A stretch of 64,000 nucleotides of DNA from Candidatus Cloacimonadales bacterium (GTDB lineage: Bacteria > Cloacimonadota > Cloacimonadia > Cloacimonadales > JAFGVF01): positions 2,048,001 through 2,112,000 of the forward strand of contig OY782781.1 of assembly GCA_963678315.1 (NCBI GenBank). Direction: 5' to 3'. A model generated the notes under the pieces. It was not told the DNA's origin and did no database searches. It was given only the letters and a program-made list of their open reading frames with translations. The translations under genes and the position numbers were made by a program. Positions 20,407 through 29,599 of the stretch are shown here, one piece after another (position 1 is the first letter of the stretch; every line of letters begins with the position of its first letter).

Positions 20407-21437
20407 TGAGACTTTCAGATCTCTATAAATACCTGATAGAAAACTATATAAACTTACCAGAGAAAAGTGTAGTTGTTCTTGCAGGACTAATCAAGGCACA
20501 ATCTGCAAATAAGTTTGAAGATTACGAACATATTGAAGAGTTATCTCTTGAGGTAAGGAAACATGGATCTTACCCAATGTTAGATATTTCTTCAGAATCA
20601 TTAAAAATAAGAACCCTTAAAGAGGTTCCAGAAGAAAAATATTATGTGCCAAGTGACTATTACTCCAATTGGGTATCTTTGTTTGATTTGATTATTGATG
20701 TTGGTTTTCCTAAATTCAATAATTTGAAAGCTGAGATGGTATATGGAGAAACAAAGAAACAAGATATAGATGATTCTATTCAACAAATTTTTAGACATTT
20801 ACTCATTTCTGGAAAGAAAATGTTAATTCCTAATTTTCCAAAAGACTCACTTGCAGATTATTATAACCTTGATTTAATTAGCTTAACAAACTTTTATCTG
20901 AACACATTCCAGATGATAAGTCAGAAGATGGTAACTTTTTCAATGAGAGTTGTTGGCTTATTAGAAAATACAATTACTACAAAGTTCTCTATCCAAGATA
21001 ATGAAGATATGTTTATTCATTTTGAAGCAAATAATGAAGAAATAGTAAATGAAACTGATACGTTCTCCAATACTATAACTTACTTACCATTTGGATATGT
21101 CAAGTGTACGTCAAAATCTTCATCTTTAAATTGTCACTTCGTAGCTGAAAGATTTTATTATAAAAACAGAATATGGACTAATGTGGAAGTTAAGTTTTCT
21201 GATGGTAATTTAACTTATTTAAAATTTGAGAACCCAGAGATCGAACAGGAATTTGTTAAAACAAGTTTAATTAATCGTAGGGATCTTATAGAAGTTTATA
21301 TTGGCACTAATAATGGGGTGGAAGACTTTTCAAACTATAATTATTATGATAGATGTATTCAAAACAATTTAAGTATTGTTTTCTATGACGAAGAATATAA
21401 TTTAATACAAATTTCTACAAACAAGATTAAAATTTAA
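20406..21437 (+). CDS. Hypothetical protein, degenerate M29 aminopeptidase-like
   Basis: ATG overlaps the murI stop (TAATG). Motif order YLPFGYV...FSDG...EVYIGTN...YDRCI parallels M29 NLPxGEV...FxxG...ELGIGxN...xDEK. Confidence 0.6.
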   Translation: MRLSDLYKYLIENYINLPEKSVVVLAGLIKAQSANKFEDYEHIEELSLEVRKHGSYPMLDISSESLKIRTLKEVPEEKYYVPSDYYSNWVSLFDLIIDVGFPKFNNLKAEMVYGETKKQDIDDSIQQIFRHLLISGKKMLIPNFPKDSLADYYNLDLISLTNFYLNTFQMISQKMVTFSMRVVGLLENTITTKFSIQDNEDMFIHFEANNEEIVNETDTFSNTITYLPFGYVKCTSKSSSLNCHFVAERFYYKNRIWTNVEVKFSDGNLTYLKFENPEIEQEFVKTSLINRRDLIEVYIGTNNGVEDFSNYNYYDRCIQNNLSIVFYDEEYNLIQISTNKIKI

Positions 21438-21463
21438 AATATTATATAAAATGAGAGGAATCA

Positions 21464-23065
21464 ATGGCAAAGTATATTTTTGTTATGGGTGGAGTTTTAT
21501 CATCATTAGGTAAAGGTATTGCTTCCGCTTCAATCGGTTATTTATTGAAAAATATGGGCTATAACGTTGGATTACAGAAAATGGATCCATATTTAAATGT
21601 TGATCCAGGAACAATGTCTCCTTATCAACATGGTGAAGTTTTTGTTACAGATGATGGGGCAGAGACAGATCTTGATTTAGGTCATTATGAAAGATTTATT
21701 GATATTTCACTTACTAAACTATCAAGTACTTCTGCAGGTCAAATTTATGAATCTGTGTTAGAAAAAGAAAGACGTGGTGACTATTTAGGCAAAACAGTTC
21801 AGGTTATTCCTCATGTTACAGATGAGATTATATCTAGAATTAAGAGAATGGGTGAGAGATATGATATTGTAATAACAGAAATCGGTGGAACTGTAGGTGA
21901 TATTGAGTCCTTACCTTTCCTGGAAGCAGTTAGACAATTCAGAATGGAAGTAGGACGCGAAAATTCATTATTCCTACTTTTAACCTATGTCCCATTCTTA
22001 AAAGCTGCTGGTGAATTAAAGACTAAACCAACTCAACACTGTGTTATAAAACTCAGAGAAATTGGTATTCAAGCAGATATTCTTTTATGTCGTTCAGAAA
22101 AACCTTTCTCTCAAGATGTAATCAAGAAGATATCTTTATTCACTAATGTACAACAAAAATCTGTTATAAATGCTATTGATGTTGCATCAGTTTTTTCTGT
22201 TCCTCATAACTATTATGTAGAAGGACTTCACAAAACAATTTGTAAGCAACTTGAACTAAGTTGTAAAGAAATCGACTTTAGTCAAGTTGATGATTATGTA
22301 AAAAGAATTGCTTCTCCATCTGATACAGTGAAAATAGCTATTTGTGGTAAATATGTAAAACATCAAGATGCTTATAAGAGTATTGAGCAAGCATTGATTC
22401 ATTCAGGAACTCATCATGGTATTAAGGTTGATATCAAGTGGGTGGATTCTGAAAAAACTAATGATTATGAATCTATAAAAAGCAATTTAAAAGATGTTCA
22501 TGGCATTCTAATTCCAGGTGGATTTGGAGTTAGAGGTATTGAAGGTAAAATAGAAATTGTTAACTTTGCTAGAGAAAAGAATATTCCTTTCTTTGGTATC
22601 TGCCTTGGAATGCAAGTTGCAGTTATTGAGTTTGCAAGAAATGTTTGTAATATAGAAGATGCCTTTTCTTCAGAGTTTGACGACTATTGTGATAATCCTG
22701 TAATCCATCTTATGGAAGATCAACAATATATTGATAAGATGGGTGGTACAATGAGATTAGGTTCTTTCCCATGTAAAATCAAGAAAGATACTCTTGCTTT
22801 TGATATCTATCAAAAAGAGAACATTGATGAAAGACATCGACATAGATTCGAGTTCAATAACAAATACCGTGAAATAATGCAGGAACATGGATTAGTTATC
22901 TCTGGTACTTCACCTGATGACTTGCTTGTTGAAATTGTAGAATACCCTAAGAATGATTTCTTTGTTGCAGCCCAATTCCATCCAGAGTTTAAGTCAAGAC
23001 CTCTAAATCCTCAACCGATTTTTAGAGAGTTCGTGAAAGCAGCATTAAACCATAAAAATAAATAA
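21464..23065 (+). CDS. pyrG: CTP synthase
   Basis: GGVLSSLGKG, DPYLNVDPGTMSP, GICLGMQ, ERHRHR, QFHPEF. Confidence 0.97.
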   Translation: MAKYIFVMGGVLSSLGKGIASASIGYLLKNMGYNVGLQKMDPYLNVDPGTMSPYQHGEVFVTDDGAETDLDLGHYERFIDISLTKLSSTSAGQIYESVLEKERRGDYLGKTVQVIPHVTDEIISRIKRMGERYDIVITEIGGTVGDIESLPFLEAVRQFRMEVGRENSLFLLLTYVPFLKAAGELKTKPTQHCVIKLREIGIQADILLCRSEKPFSQDVIKKISLFTNVQQKSVINAIDVASVFSVPHNYYVEGLHKTICKQLELSCKEIDFSQVDDYVKRIASPSDTVKIAICGKYVKHQDAYKSIEQALIHSGTHHGIKVDIKWVDSEKTNDYESIKSNLKDVHGILIPGGFGVRGIEGKIEIVNFAREKNIPFFGICLGMQVAVIEFARNVCNIEDAFSSEFDDYCDNPVIHLMEDQQYIDKMGGTMRLGSFPCKIKKDTLAFDIYQKENIDERHRHRFEFNNKYREIMQEHGLVISGTSPDDLLVEIVEYPKNDFFVAAQFHPEFKSRPLNPQPIFREFVKAALNHKNK

Positions 23066-23097
23066 GATATAATTATTATAATATAGTTTAGATTTAA

Positions 23098-23126
23098 TAA
23101 AGGCACGATTTAAAACCGTGCCTTTA
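23098..23126. terminator. Probable bidirectional terminator between convergent genes
   Basis: TAAAGGCACG-N9-CGTGCCTTTA perfect 10-bp stem. Confidence 0.75.
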
Positions 23127-23188
23127 ATTATATTTTCTACTTCAGCCTTTATTATAATATAGGGCTAAAGACATGTGATCATATGATA

Positions 23189-26100
23189 CTATTTCATAAG
23201 AATCATCTTGTTTGTTTTTGATGTATTTCCACTTTTAAGTCGATAGAAATAAACACCTGAAGCTACATTACGACCTGCATCATCTTTACCATTCCAAGTT
23301 ACTGAATGATTCCCTGCATCATTTATCTCATTAACTAAAGTTTTTACCTTTTGTCCTAGAAGATTATATACTTGTAGTTTTACAGGACCTTTTTTGCTTA
23401 GAGAGTAATCTATCCTAGTTCCATTGCTGCGACCACCTTCTGCAGGTTTGAATGGGTTTGGATAGTTTGATTTCAAGTCAGTTACAAGCACTTGTTCGCT
23501 ATTATCATTAGCCACTCCCATGTCCGATTCTATAATAATATCATCTACCATAAAAGCTATTGTATCGTCAGATACACAATGTATAGCTAATCTGATAGTC
23601 TGACCTGTAAAATCATTTAAATTATATAGATAATGTTCCCATTCATTAGGCACCTCGATATATGAATCTCCAGAGATAAGTATAAAATCATTTGGATCGG
23701 TTGAACCAGAAGAAACTAACACCTCAAATCTTTCATTACCGTATCCATAAGTAAATGATTTTGCAAAAAAGTTAAAATAACCATCAACTCCAATTTCTAT
23801 AGCATCAGAAATAAGCCAATCATCATTTTGATTGCCAATTGCGGCAAAACTAGCAAGGTACTTGTCACCAGTATGAGCAAGAGCTTCTTCATTAGTACAA
23901 GGGGGAGTGGTTGCAGATGGATTAAATACCATGTATGCCATTGGATATTCTTCATTAGTGTAAGTATAAGAATATAAGCCGTATGTGTCACTTAAATCTC
24001 CGTCAACAAGTAACCAATTGTCTAATTCTAAAGCAAAATCATCATATTCTTCAAAGCTATCGTTGATTAAAATATGTTCTGGATTAGGTAAATATACAGT
24101 AGCTACTACAGGAGCAGAATAAGCTAATTCACCACTACTAAATAATGCTCCTACACGATACTCGTATTGATTATTAGCCAAAGCCAAGTCATCGTAGGCA
24201 AGGATGTTAGGCCCAAGCTCTGCAATTTCAAAACCATTACGATATATTTTGTAAGATATCAACTCTATATCTATAGTAATAATTGTAGGTAACCAGTTAA
24301 GAGTAACATCATTTTCATTTACTGTAGCAGTTAGGTTATATGGAGGATATATATGATTAGTATCAAACATAAAAGCAGAAACAACGTTTGAAGCATCAGA
24401 TTCTCCTTCAGTATAAGAAGCAGTTACATAATAGTTGTATGTTCCATTAGCTAATCCATTCTCCACATAAGTATATGTGTATTGATTTACTGTTGCTATC
24501 AATTGGTCATCACGATAGATATTAAATCCCTCTAAAAATCTACTATCATTCTTCCTACAAGATAGTTGTGATGTTTTATGCTTACTGGACCTTAATAATG
24601 TGTCTCTGGTTGGGGCTTGCCAATTTAGGACAACATTAGGTAATGTTACAGTTACAGTTAGATTTATAGGTGGAACTATCACATCGTTGAGTATCCATAC
24701 TATTTCAGAAATCTCAGGTTCTGACATTCTATCTCCATCATATACTGCTTTTACTGCGTATTTATAATAGTCATTAAGTTGGTTTATATCACTATCATTA
24801 TAAGTCAAATCAGTTAATGGCTCTGGATTAAGCAGAGTCCACACATCTTCATTATTAAAGTCAGAAGCTAAAAATCTATAGACATTATAACCTTGCATTG
24901 GTCTGTCTTTAGCTGCCTTTACTTTAACTGATGTTTTAGTCTTGCTCTTAGACAAAGTTGTTTCTGGAGCTGACCATGTAATATGGACTACATCTTCTTC
25001 TAGTACTGCACTAACATCTCTTGGAGGTGCAGGAGTATCAAAAAGCTCTATAGTACCTAAATCTATATCTGTGTTGTTTGGGCTAAATTGAGTAGTGTAA
25101 GTATCATATCCTTCAGCAGAAGCAGTTAATGTATAAGTATGATAAGCAGGAACACCTTCTATAGTGAAGTAACCTAATGAATCTGATGTTGCTTGGAATT
25201 CATTTGAGCTTGTGAGTACAATCTGGCCTTCGAGACCAAGATCAGTGTATTGATCTACTAATTGACCACTTACAGTTACATAATTGCTAACATAGCCAGA
25301 AGTGTTAGGAACAGGGAATGTTATATCAATAGCAGTATACTCCATACTTCCCCCAGTTTGTTGACCTATACTTTGAATTGAAGATCCATAAGTTTCGTCA
25401 TCTAGATAGGATAGGTAGAGACGTCCTACTTTAGTACTGTCAGCATTTTCAATAATATAATCTATTTTAGTAGAAGGATAAGGGAACTCAGGTATTTGAC
25501 CTAACATCTCAGCTGTATCAACTCCATTAAGAGTGATTGGGTCAGACCAAGAAAGTCCATTATCTTGTGAAACAGCAATGACTAAATCACACATTTGAGC
25601 ATAATCAGCTAATTCTGGATTTGTAGAAGGATCGCTATTATATCTTCTAGCCTTATCAGAATCTTGCCAGATTATAGCCATCATGCCTTCTTCATTCGCT
25701 TCTGTTATTCTCGCTGTTTGTAGATGGAATTGCATTGCAAAGTCGGCAGCGTTTTCATCCCAGTACATAAAAGGCCAAATATTGTATAATACAGGTTGTC
25801 CCCAATAATCAGTATCATTCTCAGTTATACCATCATCTATTCCATCATAGCTTCCATCATCAAGAACTTCATCAATGATTCCATTTCCATCTTTATCCCA
25901 CCATAACCAGGGAGAATAATCATCATGAGGATTACTTGTATTACCCGTAAAGTTAAACGGAGTATCCGCTTTTCTCGGGTAGACATCATTTACAAACCAT
26001 TCAAGTGTGTTAGTATCAAAAATGATATCTTTTATCACATGCAAATCAGGGTAATAAGAACCATCATCTTTACATACAGTATAGAAGGTAGGCATGTGAA

Positions 26101-27259
26101 TTTTACCTGTATTATCTAAAGAAACATTAAAATGGTTTGATTGACCAATCCCCACAGAAAGTTGATTGTCACTATATGGATTACCATTATCATTGAAGTA
26201 AAATCTTGCTGGTTCTTGAGGAAGTCCAGTATATGGATCTAAGTACTGTGGGTTTTCCATTGCAAAAGAGCTGTTAATAGCATAGTGTTCCCAAGTACCT
26301 TCCCCATAATTATCACAAATAAACACTTCTGTTTTAGCTTCTTCGATAGCATCATCGGCCTGAGTATCAGTAAAAGCAGTATGATGACCTATATAATAAA
26401 CTTTATCTTCATATACTTTTAAAGCCATGAAGGGTCTTCGCCACTCAGAAGAACTTACATTCCATTCATCCAATAATGGGATACTTGTTGATTCCCATCC
26501 ACTATTATCCAAGGATAAGAATTCCAGCACATTTTCTGTAAAGTCCTTATAAACAAGATAAATATTTTCTGATGAGCCACTTGTTCCACCATTGAAATCA
26601 GCATTTTTTCCCAAAATATAGAGTCGTTGACTGCCAGCAATTGGAGAAGGACCAATCTGAACTGAAGGCCAAATAAATTCATTAGTTGATACTGAAGTAC
26701 CATTGACATTGATAGTTATCGGATTATCAATAACAGTTAGAAGATCTGAATGAATTCCTATACAGCTGTTACCTATTAGGGCATCATACCCAGCAACAAT
26801 TTCTAAAGGGTAATCATCATCTTCATTTCTATGATAGGCTAAAATAGGCCTACCCTCGTTTGTAATGGCAAGGTCTGGATATCCTTCCCATACATCAGAT
26901 ACACCAAATGCAAAGTTTGAAATAACATTTCCATTTACATCAATAAATGCTTGATAAACCCGTCGATTCGTTGGGAAAGCAGGTTTTGTATGATAAACTA
27001 ACCAGTTGCCGTTAATGTTCCCTTCAACTCTTTGCATAGGAGAGCCATTATACGAACCAGGGAAATAGTCATAGTAATTGTCTATTAAAGATATTGGTTG
27101 AGTGAAAAACTCATATTCAGGTACATTTCTAGAATTTTGAACATTAGATTTAAGCTTTTTGCTATCAAGTTTTAAAGCTTTTCTAGGATCGTCAACACTT
27201 GCGTATACTATCCCTATTACAAAAAGAATAGTAATTGTTAAAAACAGTTTCTTAATCAT
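23189..27259 (-). CDS. Large secreted protein: N-terminal domain, carboxypeptidase-regulatory-like domain, three Fn3, cleaved-adhesin (choice-of-anchor J)-like domain, FlgD-Ig/T9SS-like CTD
   Basis: ATG 27259 with GGAGG and signal peptide; Fn3 W...GYNVYR...Y motifs; NDDWLIS; NYPNPF...VTWNGKDDAGRNVASGVYFYRL...KMILMK. Confidence 0.85.
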   Translation of the reverse strand: MIKKLFLTITILFVIGIVYASVDDPRKALKLDSKKLKSNVQNSRNVPEYEFFTQPISLIDNYYDYFPGSYNGSPMQRVEGNINGNWLVYHTKPAFPTNRRVYQAFIDVNGNVISNFAFGVSDVWEGYPDLAITNEGRPILAYHRNEDDDYPLEIVAGYDALIGNSCIGIHSDLLTVIDNPITINVNGTSVSTNEFIWPSVQIGPSPIAGSQRLYILGKNADFNGGTSGSSENIYLVYKDFTENVLEFLSLDNSGWESTSIPLLDEWNVSSSEWRRPFMALKVYEDKVYYIGHHTAFTDTQADDAIEEAKTEVFICDNYGEGTWEHYAINSSFAMENPQYLDPYTGLPQEPARFYFNDNGNPYSDNQLSVGIGQSNHFNVSLDNTGKIHMPTFYTVCKDDGSYYPDLHVIKDIIFDTNTLEWFVNDVYPRKADTPFNFTGNTSNPHDDYSPWLWWDKDGNGIIDEVLDDGSYDGIDDGITENDTDYWGQPVLYNIWPFMYWDENAADFAMQFHLQTARITEANEEGMMAIIWQDSDKARRYNSDPSTNPELADYAQMCDLVIAVSQDNGLSWSDPITLNGVDTAEMLGQIPEFPYPSTKIDYIIENADSTKVGRLYLSYLDDETYGSSIQSIGQQTGGSMEYTAIDITFPVPNTSGYVSNYVTVSGQLVDQYTDLGLEGQIVLTSSNEFQATSDSLGYFTIEGVPAYHTYTLTASAEGYDTYTTQFSPNNTDIDLGTIELFDTPAPPRDVSAVLEEDVVHITWSAPETTLSKSKTKTSVKVKAAKDRPMQGYNVYRFLASDFNNEDVWTLLNPEPLTDLTYNDSDINQLNDYYKYAVKAVYDGDRMSEPEISEIVWILNDVIVPPINLTVTVTLPNVVLNWQAPTRDTLLRSSKHKTSQLSCRKNDSRFLEGFNIYRDDQLIATVNQYTYTYVENGLANGTYNYYVTASYTEGESDASNVVSAFMFDTNHIYPPYNLTATVNENDVTLNWLPTIITIDIELISYKIYRNGFEIAELGPNILAYDDLALANNQYEYRVGALFSSGELAYSAPVVATVYLPNPEHILINDSFEEYDDFALELDNWLLVDGDLSDTYGLYSYTYTNEEYPMAYMVFNPSATTPPCTNEEALAHTGDKYLASFAAIGNQNDDWLISDAIEIGVDGYFNFFAKSFTYGYGNERFEVLVSSGSTDPNDFILISGDSYIEVPNEWEHYLYNLNDFTGQTIRLAIHCVSDDTIAFMVDDIIIESDMGVANDNSEQVLVTDLKSNYPNPFKPAEGGRSNGTRIDYSLSKKGPVKLQVYNLLGQKVKTLVNEINDAGNHSVTWNGKDDAGRNVASGVYFYRLKSGNTSKTNKMILMK

Positions 27260-27709
27260 GATGCCTCCACAGTCAATAGAATTAGCGACTAAGTCTAGAA
27301 TTAACCCCGAATGTATTATTTGGGATAAAGTCATAACTCTAGCATACTTACGACTAGTCTTAATCATGTAAGGATGATACAATTGTTAAAATAATTTATA
27401 AATATACCCTGTCTTAACTATTTAACAAAGATAACCATCTTGACTCTTATAACCAATATACTGAATTAGACTTCTCCTAGCTCTTTTAGCCTTTTTCAAA
27501 ATTAATCCAGCTTTTTAAATATGTCAAAGTATTTAATATAAAAATCTAATATATCTTTTTAAAGAGGTTGACTGAAAGATTTATGTAGGATGTTGTTTTT
27601 TGTAAGAGTGTGATTTACTTTGCGTAAGCATGAACCTAGTTCAACCTATCGGTGGATGCTTACACTCCTTCATCATCAATGCAGAATCTATCTGCACCGG
27701 ACTAAAATC

Positions 27710-27868
27710 TATGTCGTCCCTTTGGGACTCAATTCATTTATATCATTGTACATGGGGTACAAGACTCAGTCAAAGCCTGACACGGCCCTGGCTTAATACA
27801 TGATGACCTTTCAGGACTAATACATAACATCCGTTTGGGATTAATACATTATGACGTCCATTAGGAAC
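27710..27868 (+). repeat. Degenerate REP-like hairpin cluster
   Basis: TATGTCGTCCC-TTT-GGGACT at 27710; TAATACAT recurs at 27794, 27818 and 27842 (24-bp period), each followed by a decayed hairpin. Confidence 0.6.
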
Positions 27869-28007
27869 TAAATACCAAATAAGAGAACTATCCACGAATG
27901 GCACAAATTACCCTAATTAAAACATTATAATCACAAAGCATTTAGATAGTAGGCAAGTTTTGTCACTAACTCCTCATCTCTGTCCAGTCCTAAATAATTT
28001 GACTATT

Positions 28008-29477
28008 TTTTCGTGTTATTCGTGCTTTTCGTGGTAAACTTCTCTGTTTGCAGATAAAGCTTAGCCTTTATGTCGCCCTTTCAGGGCTTTTTTTATTTTT
28101 TAACTATTACATGGAGGGTAAGCCTCCATGCTTAGTATATGCCACCCCTTCGGGGTTTTTATGGATAGCATCTCCTCAATTCTTCATTCATCATTCTTCA
28201 TTTTTAATTTCTTCCCTTTATCCGTGCTTATCTGTGTAATCCGTGGCTAAAAACAATTAAGACTTTCTTCCCTTTATTCTTGCTTTTCGTAGTAAACTTC
28301 TCTGTTTGCAGATAAAGCTTAGCCTTTATGTCGCCCTTTCAGGGCTTTTTTTATTTTTTTAACTATTACATGGAGGGCAAGCCTCCATGCTTAGTATATG
28401 CCACTCCTTCGGGGTTTTTATGGATAGCAACTCCTCAATTCTTCATTCATCATTCTTCATTTTTAATTTCTTCCCTTTATCCGTGCTTATCTGTGTAATC
28501 CGTGGCTAAAAACAATTAAGACTTTCTTTCGTGTCTTTTTGTGTATTTCGTGGTAAACTTTCCTGTTTGCAGATAAAGCCTAGCCTTTATGTCGCCCTTT
28601 CAGGGCTTTTTTTATTTTTTAACTATTACATGGAGGGCAAGCCTCCATGCTTAGTATATGCCACCCCTTCGGGGTTTTTATGGATAGCATCTCCTCAATT
28701 CTTCATTCATCATTCTTCATTTTTAATTTCTTCCCTTTATCCGTGCTTATCTGTGTAATCCGTGGCTAAAAACAATTAAGACTTTCTTTCGTGTCTTTTT
28801 GTGTATTTCGTGGTAAACTTTCCTGTTTGCAGATAAAGCCTAGCCTTTATGTCGCCCTTTCAGGGCTTTTTTTATTTTTTAACTATTACATGGAGGGCAA
28901 GCCTCCATGCTTAGTATATGCCACCCCTTCGGGGTTTTTATGGATAGCATCTCCTCAATTCTTCATTCATCATTCTTCATTTTTAATTTCTTCCCTTTAT
29001 CCGTGCTTATCTGTGTAATCCGTGGCTAAAAACAATTAAGACTTTCTTTCGTGTCTTTTTGTGTATTTCGTGGTAAACTTTCCTGTTTGCAGATAAAGCC
29101 TAGCCTTTATGTCGCCCTTTCAGGGCTTTTTTTATTTTTTAACTATTACATGGAGGGCAAGCCTCCATGCTTAGTATATGCCACCCCTTCGGGGTTTTTA
29201 TGGATAGCATCTCCTCAATTCTTCATTCATCATTCTTCATTTTTAATTTCTTCCCTTTATCCGTGCTTATCTGTGTAATCCGTGGCTAAAAACAATTAAG
29301 ACTTTCTTTCGTGTCTTTTTGTGTATTTCGTGGTAAACTTTCCTGTTTGCAGATAAAGCCTAGCCTTTATGTCGCTCTTTCAGGGCTTTTTTTATTTTTT
29401 AACTATTACATGGAGGGCAAGCCTCCATGCTTAGTATATGCCACCCCTTCGGGGTTTTTATGGATAGCATCTCCTCA
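28008..29477 (+). repeat. Tandem array of ~5.6 x 260-bp composite units (REP-like hairpin triplet plus micro-repeats)
   Basis: ATGTCGC(C/T)CTTTCAGGGCT starts at 28070, 28328, 28589, 28849, 29109, 29369 (spacings 258, 261, 260, 260, 260); units nearly identical. Confidence 0.97.
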
Positions 29478-29514
29478 CTAACTTCTAACTCCTAACTCCT
29501 AACTTCTAACTCCT
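29478..29514 (+). repeat. Heptamer tandem repeat (CTAACTY)x5
   Basis: CTAACTT CTAACTC CTAACTC CTAACTT CTAACTC CT. Confidence 0.9.
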
Positions 29515-29516
29515 GC

Positions 29517-29565
29517 CTTAAGGGTCACCTTGAAAAATCGGCTTTTTTTCAAGGAGGCAAGTAAG
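29517..29565. repeat. Dispersed ~50-bp palindromic element, copy 3 (TGAA subtype)
   Basis: CTTAAGGGTCACCTTGAAAAATCGGCTTTTTTTCAAGGAGGCAAGTAAG. Confidence 0.8.
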
Positions 29566-29599
29566 GGACAAGTGTCTGCTATGTGTTATATGAAACTGA

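Noticed and set aside
27260..27382. N-terminal 41 aa of the 1397-aa ORF call
   Set aside because: The GGAGG RBS and signal peptide point to ATG 27259 as the start.
27794..27868. Mini-CRISPR suggested by the 24-bp periodicity
   Set aside because: The constant part is only 8 bp and the variable parts are related decayed hairpins.
28048..29278. Repeated 63-75 aa ORFs inside the array
   Set aside because: GTG/TTG starts without an RBS, frame broken in unit 2 by an extra T, and F/S/L-rich composition that follows from the pyrimidine-rich repeat. A small peptide is not strictly excluded.
28008..29477. CRISPR array or integron cassette array
   Set aside because: Whole 260-bp units are near-identical with no unique spacers or cargo; no cas gene or integron integrase in the window.
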